Below, piece after piece: positions 18,801 to 27,769 of a DNA stretch of 64,000 nucleotides. The stretch is from a virus. Position 1 is the stretch's first letter, and each line of letters opens with the position of its first letter. Where the stretch lies: the IMG/VR virus record IMGVR_UViG_3300031576_001126, positions 76,189 to 140,188 of that record; one strand, 5' to 3'. Under the pieces are notes generated by a model. The model was given only the letters and a program-made list of their open reading frames with translations. It had not been told where the DNA came from and did not search any database. The position numbers were made by a program, and so were the translations under genes.

Positions 18801-20212
18801 TGTCCAAAAATCCCCCGGATGGTGTAAGTCTCCCAATAGAGCATACCAATGATTTTTTTGGAAATGATAGCAATGAAAGAAAAACATACCTAGACAAATC
18901 TTTATTTGTTAGTGAGAAAAATATTAACTTGTCTGGAATAAGACTTATTGAAACCGGAAATATAAATGTAATATATGGAACTCATTTCTTAAAATTTATA
19001 GGAAGTCGAGATGGAAACGATTTTACGATAGAAGCAAAAAGTCCTCTTACGGGGATTAATGGAACCGGGCAAAATGATACGGCTTATAAATTTTTAAACG
19101 ATGGCATTGATGACAAATTGCCAAACAGACCGAATTTTGTGAAAAGACATAGGTCTTATTGGTTCGGTTATATGTGGCAATATGTTTCCGAAGGAGAAGA
19201 TTTCAGAACTCCTGAAACATTTTCGTTTGAAGGAAACGAAAATAATAATACAATTCACAAAACGTCTTCTCTTGAAAAAACCAAAGTTATAATGAAACCT
19301 TCAATGTTGTTTGAGGGAAACCGATTCTATTTGTTTTATTCTTCCTCTATTTCTCCGTATCCAGAAAGACCAGAGGCCGGTTTTGGCGGCGAAGCTGGAA
19401 CGGAACTTTACAGAGATGAATCGAATAATACTAATCCAACAAGAATTCTTTCAGAAGAAGTAGTTGGTTTTAACATCCTGCCCAATCTTAACGACTGGGG
19501 ACAAAATATGGGAATACATTTTGCTTCGGCTTTTAGTTCTGAAAGCAGAGAAGATTTCTTATTTAATTCAAGTAATATCCTTCCGAATTCTATTGATGGA
19601 AACCCAATTTTATTTTCTCATTCCCCGTGCATATTTAAAGTGGATGGAGATGCCGAGCCATTTAAAGTTTATTATCTCGGATGGTTCGGAAATCCATTGA
19701 GGTTGAGTATTTTTCGTTATAGTTTTTCCGACATAAATAATCCAACTGCAGGAACTACAATTATTTGCTATCAATTTGGAACAGGAGATAGTTCTTATGA
19801 CAAACATAATTTTGTTCCATACAATTCAAATGATGGATTTGATGATCTTGCTTGGCCTGATGATCCATTTTATGCCATTTCAACCAATTGGTTGAGCGTG
19901 ATAAAATTTGATGATGGAAATTATTATGCATTCTTTAACTTTGAAAATGTAGGTCCAAAAAACGAAAATAATGTTCAACAGCCAGGAACTGGCATCCTTT
20001 TCTCGTTCGATGGTCAAACTTTCTTTGAAAAAAATCCAAGCAATACGTCCCAATTTATAAATCCATTGGGAGTTCAATATGTCCATGTTTTCAAAAAAAC
20101 GATAAATACTCAAACAAATTGGTATATTGTTCATCAAAACAATTCGGGCCAAGCGGCCTATGCCAAGCTGAATTGGGTTTCTTCTTTTGAAACCGATCTT
20201 GATGACACATAG
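12890..20212 (+). CDS. 2,440-aa multidomain protein: BNR propeller, vWA, degenerate DUF3604/PHP-like domain, C-terminal five-bladed-propeller-like region; probable virion protein
   Basis: Asp-boxes (SVDGGSSW, SLDAGTTW); vWA MIDAS DCSGS plus IIITDG; DUF3604-like motifs WGDLN, GLTAVLTENVDRTEIFNKIKQRKTYATTGAR and YYVRISQDDGHFAWSSPIWF; GH43/GH32-like blades (KPSMLFEGNRFYLFYS, SPCIFKVD). Confidence 0.7.
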   Translation: MSVTVNNIGLYLSSRVGNRTDYKLVLSVYVADHANGGVPDGNLPLITIERTVDDIDYSGWFVFNFPYPVVLIPDYYCITLYQKPDNVDFPVDFSVNFVQWFYTSCEDHSNKGVSSFSSDLQFTSDVYGYGYGGGGYGSTYATSPIYGYGYGYGDPADALDFFNIFEAGENDYGYAIGQPSFFYSYGYGFEYVDFVTDDVIQRNFKVYEDFNHIEFEGENNACINIPAAEEITLILNNRQEFLMAEQDGTAIVNDFITLDGFGERLISTNVSPLTSDCISNKNVDWFPANFALSSNDLNYVDTVNSLGNTNPFNVNMASSPYYGGIYISVDGGSSWDAKNDGLTLVDNSIRNISCVKFGPDGSFILAFDNTSLSERGKVFKSINLGESWTELILASATLSGIIVNDGFVISSSEIWIGTDNGVYRSLDAGTTWFPENNGLPSLTNVNQILVDLDILGNYGYGYGGGEGISYFDVFGSDGSLFGYGFGSFEMSFSENFGYEYGYEYGFSGGSSRIVAIATEFGAYWLVNGVWERIYPDIGQPEENTNTILFSNNNIFIGKDDGLIRSEIVGPDEEFDRIRFRGHKTSEAINGDFYVIGLSRRKTTKVRLNRNKESEIFVAQHGGVFFSENDGGNFVNLTKSISERSLKIKDIITNPIDSEIIYASVETTKFANAGVTILVDCSGSMVANDPEEKRIDMALNIVDNIVSVAVNTPYFQIIRFGVSENILLRNQSIYNSLRTQGEDFDIIGAFNLTKNIKGRIVDAGYSSNVTLVRKALDVSCREPSSAREHARTLFFDALTATSTGLANFGSRWEYKENVSKYIFDDISSNFYNNLDKSLIIITDGNDTVDGKTLQQLIDSSSNYNNIPSKTYIVGVGHNINFENLKALRESNKNSKLYLAPFDENIYSTLSDDVSDVILDREKFRNRSGIWRKLIDLEEPKITKNVILKANVPSSTTLTYRLRTTNNKKDFTDFTVDFLPNTINTVNLSGRYISIAINFESESTSFAPEVSEIRFTILEPSRSYVNFPIKNTSNSDRISEIELSSLDDLSLGNVSSDVVKMNFGLIQSESTNFKFSNKVHRDLRSVMLKRDFEDLTSEDGFFFKAKNGPWPGDTVVRVVDFLEFNANPNEGVIDGSLYFAIPSEGLIIFFDKVNSDKKIKLDLDFISQYRIGTEIINLSDAIDCFNLHDIAWVYYTDSNSVLPRSALPKVPSQLAGLETFGILSDGNHETGFGLATTYLVQYILNDVFNNGIISITNGQRINLKTTGNSDILRFYNQNAFLPPTQIENALDDGFLRVLNTQGIDFGIVTIQQTTTSPLHYQINVKTSSQITVGESVVFSIGDRSQGSRGISTETFQENLLFKSNEETVCEFQTNFYIGQKSGTQTPSVQNGDFDKIITPNLNLIGQNATSIIVLCPTTVSPGSFFNVKFIAVDDLGIVDKEFTGTIQFDIENPTMGTFVDGFSKQFSLSNSGVLDMAVLASSSLSGSTRIRCGIIVNQEQSSSTSFDPTLFDNIFFSNTFLIDSSFSVKWGDLNISTIFGDGRQDIDFVANYAEKTSALNFIGITDDIDILDDQEWAYTLFRTDALTNNNLVIYPGFRHRASDFYGERMVVFGGTDATTTPQTLASSLKPINFSNPQEQLTNLVNGLTNKDYITIPIHTPYQTDQTDFFFRGRGFLLDRYRNIVDISASMESFITNIESSFEIYSEHGNAETPDFYQSENFIGSESNLFETTAYVQRALFIGKRLGFVAGSGGYHSRSGYYKGDSSPRTQLIVGSVASNRGLTAVLTENVDRTEIFNKIKQRKTYATTGARMFLHFEATTQSQTKGMGEVFSNLDFDTFGDPIDTITFKIRATSDNSTITRIQIIKIKIDENITTVLDSRISGVPPFNVVDFGNDTGLLAFVEDISDNAENQEYCYYVRISQDDGHFAWSSPIWFNFGREEGIRITSDVNFRTVSQPSLSSDQGDIPEIPYSLSKNPPDGVSLPIEHTNDFFGNDSNERKTYLDKSLFVSEKNINLSGIRLIETGNINVIYGTHFLKFIGSRDGNDFTIEAKSPLTGINGTGQNDTAYKFLNDGIDDKLPNRPNFVKRHRSYWFGYMWQYVSEGEDFRTPETFSFEGNENNNTIHKTSSLEKTKVIMKPSMLFEGNRFYLFYSSSISPYPERPEAGFGGEAGTELYRDESNNTNPTRILSEEVVGFNILPNLNDWGQNMGIHFASAFSSESREDFLFNSSNILPNSIDGNPILFSHSPCIFKVDGDAEPFKVYYLGWFGNPLRLSIFRYSFSDINNPTAGTTIICYQFGTGDSSYDKHNFVPYNSNDGFDDLAWPDDPFYAISTNWLSVIKFDDGNYYAFFNFENVGPKNENNVQQPGTGILFSFDGQTFFEKNPSNTSQFINPLGVQYVHVFKKTINTQTNWYIVHQNNSGQAAYAKLNWVSSFETDLDDT

Positions 20213-20250
20213 TTCCATTTCTCAATCTCGTATAATTTACAAACGGAGAG

Positions 20251-21504
20251 ATGCTACAAATGGCAATCAAAGAAAAAAACATGATTATTTGGAGTTCGAC
20301 ATTCTGGGATGCTGGTGGTTATGCCGGGATGTCTAGAAATTATGTGAAAGGACTTTTAAACAGGGGATGGGATGTTAAAATAGAAGCAATTAATAGTCCT
20401 CATGAAATAAATGAAGAAGAAATTGAGTTTTTTACAAAACTGGGAAGAGGACCATTTGCAAATTGGCCTCAAGTAGATCCCGTCACTTTAGAAAGAAACC
20501 CAAAAGCCAAAGTTCCCTCTCCTCCTGATGCCATTCGTGTTATGTCTCATCTTCCAATTGCCAGAGTGCCAAAACCTCTAAATGGGAAAAGAGTAATTTA
20601 CAGTATGATGGAAAGTGAAAAGGTAAATAATAATTTTATACATGCAAGATGTAATCGATACTATGAAGAAATGTGGACCCCAACTTATTTTAACAAGAAA
20701 GTCTTTGAAGAAGCTGGACTTTCTATCCCTTGCAAGGTTTTGCCAATTGCCATAGATGATATTTATTCCAAAGAGAATGCTTTTCCATTAAATTTGAATT
20801 TTAAAGTTTTTGGGGATAAAGCTTCAGAACAACCTGAAGGGTTTAAATTTTTATCGGTATTTAGATGGAGTTATAGAAAAGGATTTGATGTTTTAATAAA
20901 ATCATTTTTAAAAGAATTTAAAAAATCTGATAATGTTTCTTTAATAATAATTTCCAGACACGCCGGAATGCGTCACGAACCAAAATTTAGAGAAGCTGTA
21001 GAATTCGGAATAGGTTCTCTTTATAATGAATTTGCTACGGCTGATTCTCCGCCGATTTATTGGTGCGGAGATATTATCCCGGAAGAATTAATGCCAAGTA
21101 TGTATTCTCTTGGAGATTGTTTTGTCTCTACATCCAGAGGGGAAGGGCTATGTATTCCCATTCTTGAAGCGAGTAAAATAGGATTGCCAACAATAGGGCC
21201 ATATCACACTGGTTTTACCGATTATCTGACTGAAGAAAATTCAAATATATTTCATGTTGACGAGTGGGTTGTTTGCAATACCGTTCCAGAATGGGGGAAT
21301 TGGATAACGGCAGAATTCCAAAACATGAGATTCCCTCTATTTGGAGATAAGACGATAGAAGAAGTAAGATTCTTGATGAGAAAAGTTAAAGAAAATCCAG
21401 GAATAGCCATAGGAAAAAATAAATTATTACAAAAAACAATAGAAGAAAGATATGGTTATAATAAATGTTTAGATCTTGTTGAAAAATATTTATCAAAATT
21501 ATGA
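20251..21504 (+). CDS. GT-B (GT4-like) glycosyltransferase
   Basis: N-terminal GGYAGMSRNY, RKGFDVLIKSF, and the SRGEGLCIPILEA (EX7E) signature. Start may be 20260 or 20281. Confidence 0.85.
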   Translation: MLQMAIKEKNMIIWSSTFWDAGGYAGMSRNYVKGLLNRGWDVKIEAINSPHEINEEEIEFFTKLGRGPFANWPQVDPVTLERNPKAKVPSPPDAIRVMSHLPIARVPKPLNGKRVIYSMMESEKVNNNFIHARCNRYYEEMWTPTYFNKKVFEEAGLSIPCKVLPIAIDDIYSKENAFPLNLNFKVFGDKASEQPEGFKFLSVFRWSYRKGFDVLIKSFLKEFKKSDNVSLIIISRHAGMRHEPKFREAVEFGIGSLYNEFATADSPPIYWCGDIIPEELMPSMYSLGDCFVSTSRGEGLCIPILEASKIGLPTIGPYHTGFTDYLTEENSNIFHVDEWVVCNTVPEWGNWITAEFQNMRFPLFGDKTIEEVRFLMRKVKENPGIAIGKNKLLQKTIEERYGYNKCLDLVEKYLSKL

Positions 21505-24470
21505 AAATTCATGCTCTATATCTATATAATGGTGAAAAAGATCACATAATTAAAAGCCTCGAATACACATCTAAAATATGTGATACAATTCATATATTCG
21601 GGATAAAAAACAAAACAGAAGAACTAAATATAGAAAGTAATAATATATTTAAGCATGAAATATTTTGGGACTATGATTTTTCTAAAATAAGAAACAAAGC
21701 TATAGATATTCTTTGCTCTCAAATTTCACTTGATGATTGGATTTTGAGTTTAGATAGTGACGAATGCCTTGATCCAAAAACTTTCTGGAAAATAAATTCA
21801 ATATTAGATTTATGTTCTGGAGATTCAACTGTTTGTGGTCTTAGTTTTACCATTATAAACAATAACGACTATTGGTTATCCGAACATATTTATGATAAAC
21901 CTACAAGAAATCTTAAAAAAAGAGACATAAGATTATTTAGAGCCAATCCTCTTTTAAGATACAAGGGAAGAATTGAAGAAAGTCTTGATATTAATCCATT
22001 CCTCGTCCACGATATTGATATAAAAATTTATCATCATTCTCAAAGATATACCGATGAAGAGAATTCTTTTTTAAAAGAAAGACAAGCAATACTTGAAAAA
22101 TGGAATATAACATCGGAATCTGATAAGAAATCGTTTATGAAGGAAGAAGAAAAATTTTATTCTGTCTTTGATAAGAATTTAAAATCAATAATGTCTGAAA
22201 ACAAAAAACCAAAAATAGGATTTTTTACTTTGCATTATGACCCTCCGATTGGGGGTGCGGAAAGATCAATGCATAATTATTTCTCAATTCTTTCTGATTT
22301 TTATGATATCGAAGTCTTTTGTTTCTTAAACGAAGACGGGGGTAAGTTTGATAAGGAAATAAATATATTAAGAGATAATATAAAAATAACAAAATCAAAT
22401 TTGCCAATAGCTACTTGTGTCAATAATTTTATAAGAAATGAAAATCCAAGCGCAATAATAACCCAACTATTACAATCTGAAATAATTATTGATTTAGCCC
22501 ATAGGAATGGAATTCCTTGCATATATTTTGTCCATGGTTTTTTTGAAGATATTTGTCAACATTACTTGCTTAATTCTTGTAAAGAAACAAATTTAGAAAC
22601 CTGTTGTTTTGGAGCACATTGTCCCAATGCGCAGAGACAGGATATTCATTCTCAAAAATATAATAGATGCAAATCCATAATATGCAATTCCCATTACACG
22701 GAGAAAATATTTAGCAGATTTTTTCCAACAGCATCAGAAAAAGTTGTTGTAGTTCCTCCAAATTTTAATTATGAGTCATTTAATTTTTTAGAAAAAACAA
22801 ATTTTAACACAGTTTTGGCCATAAACACGTCTCAATCAAAGGGAAGAAATGTTGTAATAAATCTTGCTTTCATGAATCCTGATTTAAAGTTTATATATGT
22901 TGATAGCAAAAAAAAAGACTTGCAAAATATTCCTATTCCTCCAAATATGGAGTTCAAACCAAGATTATCGAGAGAAGAAATGGTAAAATTATATAACGAA
23001 GTCTCGGTTGTTGTATATCCCACCCTTATGGATGAAACTTTTGGAGGAGTCCCTTGTGAAGCCGTTCTTTCTGGAACACCAATTGTTTGCCCAAATAAAG
23101 GGAATTTATCAAATATAGTTATGGATGGTAAAAATGGAAAAATTGTAAACAACAGTTATAAAAAAGAAGACTGGAACAAGGCTCTTCATGAAGCTATAAA
23201 AATATGTCCACCAAGAGATTTGGCAAGAAAACTTCTTTCCAGTTTAAACACAAAAGTCAACTCAGAAAAAATAAAAAAAGAAATAGAAAAATGTATATCT
23301 TTGGTTAATAAAAATATAGTATGCAAAGTAGAAGACTATTCTAAAGATAAAATTGTTGTGAAAAACTCAAATAAAAAAAAGATATTGTTTCTAGCCAGGT
23401 TCCTACTGCCTCCACTAGGAGGAGGAGAATGGTTCCATTTTACAGTTTTAAAACATCTTCAGAAAATAGGATATGATTGCAAAGGAGCTTGTTATTTTGA
23501 TGGGAAAAGCAATATTCCGTTTTCTGAAGAAAGAGAAACAAATTGGGGGCCAATTCCTGTCCGACAAGCTGTTGTTAGAAGTTTTCATGATTTGGATGCG
23601 ATTGTGGAGAAAGAAAAACCAGATTTAGTTTTAACCATGTCTTATGATGCTTTATCGATAATTAAGGCTGCCCATAAAAATAAAGCCAAGGCTATATTTG
23701 GAACTCATTTTTGGAGAAATATTTGTGAGGTTCCAGAAGTTTTTGAAAATATGTTAAAAAGACCATTAAGCAGTGTTAAGCTTTTAACCCAATTCCATCC
23801 AGCTTTTCATTTGGCTGATGAATATTATGTAAATTCTAAATTTATGCAATTGGGTGTTGAAAAATATGTAGGGAAAAAAATAGAAAGAATAATTCATCCT
23901 ATGGCCGATTTGGATAGAATAGTTGCGGATAAAATTGATAAAAAATATATAACATTTGTTAATCCAGAATATTATAAAGGTGGAGAAAACTTTATAAATA
24001 TAGCAAAAAAACTTTCGAGATATAATTTCTTATGTATTGGACAAGCTCCTTTCCCAGATAAAATAGAAAGCAGCAAAAGAATAAACACAAACTTGGCCAA
24101 CATGCACAATATAAAAGTGATTGAAAGCTGTGAAAATATGTCTGAAATTTACAAACAAACAGCTATTTTGCTTGTTCCCGCTATTGTGGATGAAACATTT
24201 TCCATGGTGACTTTGGAAGCAATGTGGAATGGAATTCCTGTAATTGTTTCTCCAAATGGGAATTTGCCATTTTTAGTTGGTGATTCTAGTATAATTCTAG
24301 AATTGTCGGATTTGACTACCTGGACAAACATCATAGAGCAAATAATGGGTGATGAAGATTATTACAACATATTATCGGAATCTTGTAAAAAAAGATCCAG
24401 AGAGTTTTCTCCAGACAAAGAACTTGAAAAGTTTGAAAAAATGGTGAAGCTGACGATTGGAGATCCCTGA
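21501..24470 (+). CDS. Three-domain glycosyltransferase (GT2 + GT4 + GT4)
   Basis: N-terminal DFSKIRN...LDSDE (GT2, DxDE), then two GT4 units: IGGAERS...ETFGGVPCEA and LGGGEW...ETFSMVTLEA. Confidence 0.85.
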   Translation: MKIHALYLYNGEKDHIIKSLEYTSKICDTIHIFGIKNKTEELNIESNNIFKHEIFWDYDFSKIRNKAIDILCSQISLDDWILSLDSDECLDPKTFWKINSILDLCSGDSTVCGLSFTIINNNDYWLSEHIYDKPTRNLKKRDIRLFRANPLLRYKGRIEESLDINPFLVHDIDIKIYHHSQRYTDEENSFLKERQAILEKWNITSESDKKSFMKEEEKFYSVFDKNLKSIMSENKKPKIGFFTLHYDPPIGGAERSMHNYFSILSDFYDIEVFCFLNEDGGKFDKEINILRDNIKITKSNLPIATCVNNFIRNENPSAIITQLLQSEIIIDLAHRNGIPCIYFVHGFFEDICQHYLLNSCKETNLETCCFGAHCPNAQRQDIHSQKYNRCKSIICNSHYTEKIFSRFFPTASEKVVVVPPNFNYESFNFLEKTNFNTVLAINTSQSKGRNVVINLAFMNPDLKFIYVDSKKKDLQNIPIPPNMEFKPRLSREEMVKLYNEVSVVVYPTLMDETFGGVPCEAVLSGTPIVCPNKGNLSNIVMDGKNGKIVNNSYKKEDWNKALHEAIKICPPRDLARKLLSSLNTKVNSEKIKKEIEKCISLVNKNIVCKVEDYSKDKIVVKNSNKKKILFLARFLLPPLGGGEWFHFTVLKHLQKIGYDCKGACYFDGKSNIPFSEERETNWGPIPVRQAVVRSFHDLDAIVEKEKPDLVLTMSYDALSIIKAAHKNKAKAIFGTHFWRNICEVPEVFENMLKRPLSSVKLLTQFHPAFHLADEYYVNSKFMQLGVEKYVGKKIERIIHPMADLDRIVADKIDKKYITFVNPEYYKGGENFINIAKKLSRYNFLCIGQAPFPDKIESSKRINTNLANMHNIKVIESCENMSEIYKQTAILLVPAIVDETFSMVTLEAMWNGIPVIVSPNGNLPFLVGDSSIILELSDLTTWTNIIEQIMGDEDYYNILSESCKKRSREFSPDKELEKFEKMVKLTIGDP

Positions 24471-24472
24471 AA

Positions 24473-25480
24473 ATGAGTAAAAAATTTCTATTGATAACAC
24501 GGGACTATTGGCCGGGTGTTGTTAATTGTTTAAAAAACATAGAGTTTGCAATTCGTGATATTGATCCATTGTTTAATGTTGAAAGCATATTAATAGGCAA
24601 AGGTGGAGTCGGCATTGATATAATGAAGAAAATAAAGCAGAATCCACCTGATTTTATAATTTTTGGTGGATGGGATAATGCCATTAAAATGCTGGTGCAT
24701 AACACGCCTAAAGAATCCAAAGTAATGGTAAAATGGTGTTCTCCAATAACTCAAATTGAATTGGGTGGAGAAATGGCTCAGTTTATTGATGTTTTGCATT
24801 TAAGCCAAACCGACAAAATACATTATATTGGAATGGGTTTAGAAAGTGACGTAAATTGTTTAAATAAAATCAACAAAAAAGTTATATTGATGCCTGTTTT
24901 TTTAGACACAAAAGAGCTTGATAGAATAGAATCGAAAACAGACATAAAAAGAGATGGCATAAATTGTGATCTTTTTTGTGCCGCCAACCCAAGAAAGAAT
25001 ATATTAGCTCAGTTATTCGCTTTGTCTAGGTTTGACGAACAGATTGCCGTTCATGTGAATTATGGGAACAATGCTAATCAAATGTATCCCGTTGTGGCGA
25101 GTTTTACAATAAAAAACTTGATAAACCACGGATGGATTGGAGATAGAAAACAATATTTATCGATTATAAAAGCTATGGATTTTGCAATGGCAGTGACTCT
25201 TTCAGAAAGCTTCAATTATACGGCTGCTGAACATATGGCTTTCGGAATTCCAATTATTTGTTCTGAAGTCGCACCATTTGTTCAGGGAGTTAAAAACATA
25301 GAAAAGATTGTTATTCAAAGACCTGAGGATTTAAGAGAAATAGAGAAAGCGATTAAGCTTTTGGTCTCTGATGCCTCGTTTAGGAGAGACATGGGGCATG
25401 CTTGCAAGGAAGCGTTTGAGCTCTACAATAATGCCGCAAAAGACATTTTAAAGGGGAATCTCACGGAGATTGCTTTATGA
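24473..25480 (+). CDS. GT4-like glycosyltransferase
   Basis: PRKNI and SESFNYTAAEHMAFGIPII motifs. Confidence 0.8.
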   Translation: MSKKFLLITRDYWPGVVNCLKNIEFAIRDIDPLFNVESILIGKGGVGIDIMKKIKQNPPDFIIFGGWDNAIKMLVHNTPKESKVMVKWCSPITQIELGGEMAQFIDVLHLSQTDKIHYIGMGLESDVNCLNKINKKVILMPVFLDTKELDRIESKTDIKRDGINCDLFCAANPRKNILAQLFALSRFDEQIAVHVNYGNNANQMYPVVASFTIKNLINHGWIGDRKQYLSIIKAMDFAMAVTLSESFNYTAAEHMAFGIPIICSEVAPFVQGVKNIEKIVIQRPEDLREIEKAIKLLVSDASFRRDMGHACKEAFELYNNAAKDILKGNLTEIAL

Positions 25481-26478
25481 AGATAGCATTAATAGGAGCT
25501 TTCAATTTGGCTGATGGTTATCTTGGAGCAGCAAAAGCTCTCCAAAGATTAGGACATGAAGTTGTTTTTGTCCCGGCTTATTTATATAATAATGAACATG
25601 GATTATCAAAACATCATTTAGTTATAGTTGATCATTTATTGAAAGAAAAACCAGATGTTTGTTTATGGTGGAGAGCAGAAACTCTTAATTCCATTCAATT
25701 TGGCAAAATAAGAAAAACAGTTCCCGGAAAATTCATCATGTATTCTTGGGATGATCCTTTGCAATGGGAAAAACATCCAGAAATGCCATTAAAATGTAAA
25801 TGTCTGGATGCTGCTTTTTCTTGTTGTATGGATTCGGTTAAAATGTATAAAGCACATGGATGTCCAGAAGCATATTGGTGTCCACCGGGTTTTGATCCAG
25901 AGGTGCATTATCCCGAAGAAGACGAGGCTTATAAATGTGATATTAGTATAGTTTGCACAAATCTTTATAATGAAAAATCCGTAACACAATATCCCCATAT
26001 ATCTAGAAAATACTTGCTTGATAAAATAATAGAAGAATATCCAAATGTTGATTTGAGAATATATGGATCAGAGGCATTTAAAGATATTTATCCGAACCAT
26101 TACAAGGGTTGGATTCCATTTAATGAGTCAAGAAAAGTTTTTCATAACAGTAAAATAAATTTAGATACGCATATTCGTCCTGATGGGAACATGTATATAA
26201 ATGAAAGAGTTTGTCAAATTTTAGGCTCCGGTGGGCTTCTCATGGTTGATGCCGTGAAAGGATTGGAAAAGGTTTTAACAGATGTAACATATCTGTCTAT
26301 TGACTCATCAAAAGATATTTCTTCGCAAAATCTTATGCTTGAGGCTACTCTAAATGAGATAAGTAATGATACTGACGGTAAATATAAAAATTTCATTGAA
26401 AAAACACGAGAATTTGCTATGAAAAATCTAACATGGGATTGTTGGGCCAAAATAATAAATGAAAAAATGAAGATATAA
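25477..26478 (+). CDS. CgeB/DUF3880-type glycosyltransferase (Glyco_trans_1_2)
   Basis: WDDP, GFDPEVHYP, CDISIV, SKINL...NERVCQILGSGG pattern. Confidence 0.8.
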   Translation: MKIALIGAFNLADGYLGAAKALQRLGHEVVFVPAYLYNNEHGLSKHHLVIVDHLLKEKPDVCLWWRAETLNSIQFGKIRKTVPGKFIMYSWDDPLQWEKHPEMPLKCKCLDAAFSCCMDSVKMYKAHGCPEAYWCPPGFDPEVHYPEEDEAYKCDISIVCTNLYNEKSVTQYPHISRKYLLDKIIEEYPNVDLRIYGSEAFKDIYPNHYKGWIPFNESRKVFHNSKINLDTHIRPDGNMYINERVCQILGSGGLLMVDAVKGLEKVLTDVTYLSIDSSKDISSQNLMLEATLNEISNDTDGKYKNFIEKTREFAMKNLTWDCWAKIINEKMKI

Positions 26479-26479
26479 A

Positions 26480-27100
26480 ATGAATGAATTTATAATGCGT
26501 GAATTTTCAAATAAGTGTAAGGAGTTAATAAATTCAGAAAACGTATCGATACTTCTTAGTGACTCTGAGGTTGATTTTTTGGCCAACGATCTTGTCTCTG
26601 TCGAGAAAAAGAAATATTTAGAGATAGGAAGTTACGAGGGTGGATCGGCATTTATTGTTGGCCTTAGTATGAAAAAATTGGGCAAAGAAACAAATATGGA
26701 AGAAAGCGAATTTGAAATAATGTGTATAGACACATTCAAGTCGTCAAGTGAAGAATTTTCCGATAGGGGTAAAAGCACTTTTGAAAAATTTCAAAATGGA
26801 ATATCAAAATTAAATCTTGGAGATATAATAAGATATAGGGTTGGAAGAAGCGAAGATATATGTAATGAAATACAAGATGGTTATTATGACATAATTTTTA
26901 TAGATGGCGATCACACCTATGAGGGCGTTAAGCAAGATTACGAAAATTACGTCAAGAAACTTAAGCCCGGAGGCCAATTAATGTTTCATGATTATAAGAT
27001 GGCTCCCGGCGTTAGTGATTTTTGCAATGAAATGAATTCAAGTGTGGGCGGCGATAAGCTTGTCGATTTCAAACATACAATTTTTGGTTTTATATTATAA
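26480..27100 (+). CDS. Class I SAM methyltransferase (Methyltransf_24-like; probable sugar O-methyltransferase)
   Basis: LEIGSYEGGS and FIDGDHTYEGVKQD...LKPGG...FHDY. Confidence 0.85.
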   Translation: MNEFIMREFSNKCKELINSENVSILLSDSEVDFLANDLVSVEKKKYLEIGSYEGGSAFIVGLSMKKLGKETNMEESEFEIMCIDTFKSSSEEFSDRGKSTFEKFQNGISKLNLGDIIRYRVGRSEDICNEIQDGYYDIIFIDGDHTYEGVKQDYENYVKKLKPGGQLMFHDYKMAPGVSDFCNEMNSSVGGDKLVDFKHTIFGFIL

Positions 27101-27112
27101 TTGGAGAATTAA

Positions 27113-27763
27113 ATGATACAAGAAATTGGATATAATTTTACACCCGAATGGGAAAAGAAATGGAAAGATTTGGAAGACCATATAATATATGAGATTCCAA
27201 ATCTTGAAAAATATGGTTGGGTTGGTTCAAATTCCAATGTTGTTGAAATTGGAAGTGGATCGAACCCAAATCCAAGATCGAATGTTTTGGTTGAGCTTGA
27301 AGATGATGGATATCACAGAGATTTCGAGAAGCTAAAAATAATGTCACACCAAAGAATAGTTTGGGGAGATATTTGTAAAGGCATTCCGGAGTTTATTGAC
27401 AAACAATTTGATTTTTCATATTGTGTCCATGTCCTCGAACATGTCCAATATCCAGAAGCGGCTTGCAAGGAACTTATGAGAATAAGCAAGAGCGGATATC
27501 TTGAAACTCCCGGACCATTTCTTGAAAAAGTTTGGAACTTCAAATTTCACAAATGGTATGTTGATGTTATCGATGGGGTTTTAACTTTTACTGATAAAAG
27601 TTTAATTCACAAGCCAATAAATATAGAGTTGAATCAATATGAGGATTTTATTTGTGGGCCTCCCAATATGAAGAACGGAACATTTGCTCATTTGAGTAGA
27701 TTTCATAAATGTTTTACAAGAGTCAGATGGGTTGATAGTTTTGAGGTTAAGATTATAAGGTAA
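27113..27763 (+). CDS. Class I SAM methyltransferase (Methyltransf_11-like)
   Basis: VEIGSGSNP, FDFSYCVHVLEHV...ELMRISK. Confidence 0.85.
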   Translation: MIQEIGYNFTPEWEKKWKDLEDHIIYEIPNLEKYGWVGSNSNVVEIGSGSNPNPRSNVLVELEDDGYHRDFEKLKIMSHQRIVWGDICKGIPEFIDKQFDFSYCVHVLEHVQYPEAACKELMRISKSGYLETPGPFLEKVWNFKFHKWYVDVIDGVLTFTDKSLIHKPINIELNQYEDFICGPPNMKNGTFAHLSRFHKCFTRVRWVDSFEVKIIR

Positions 27764-27769
27764 TTCATA

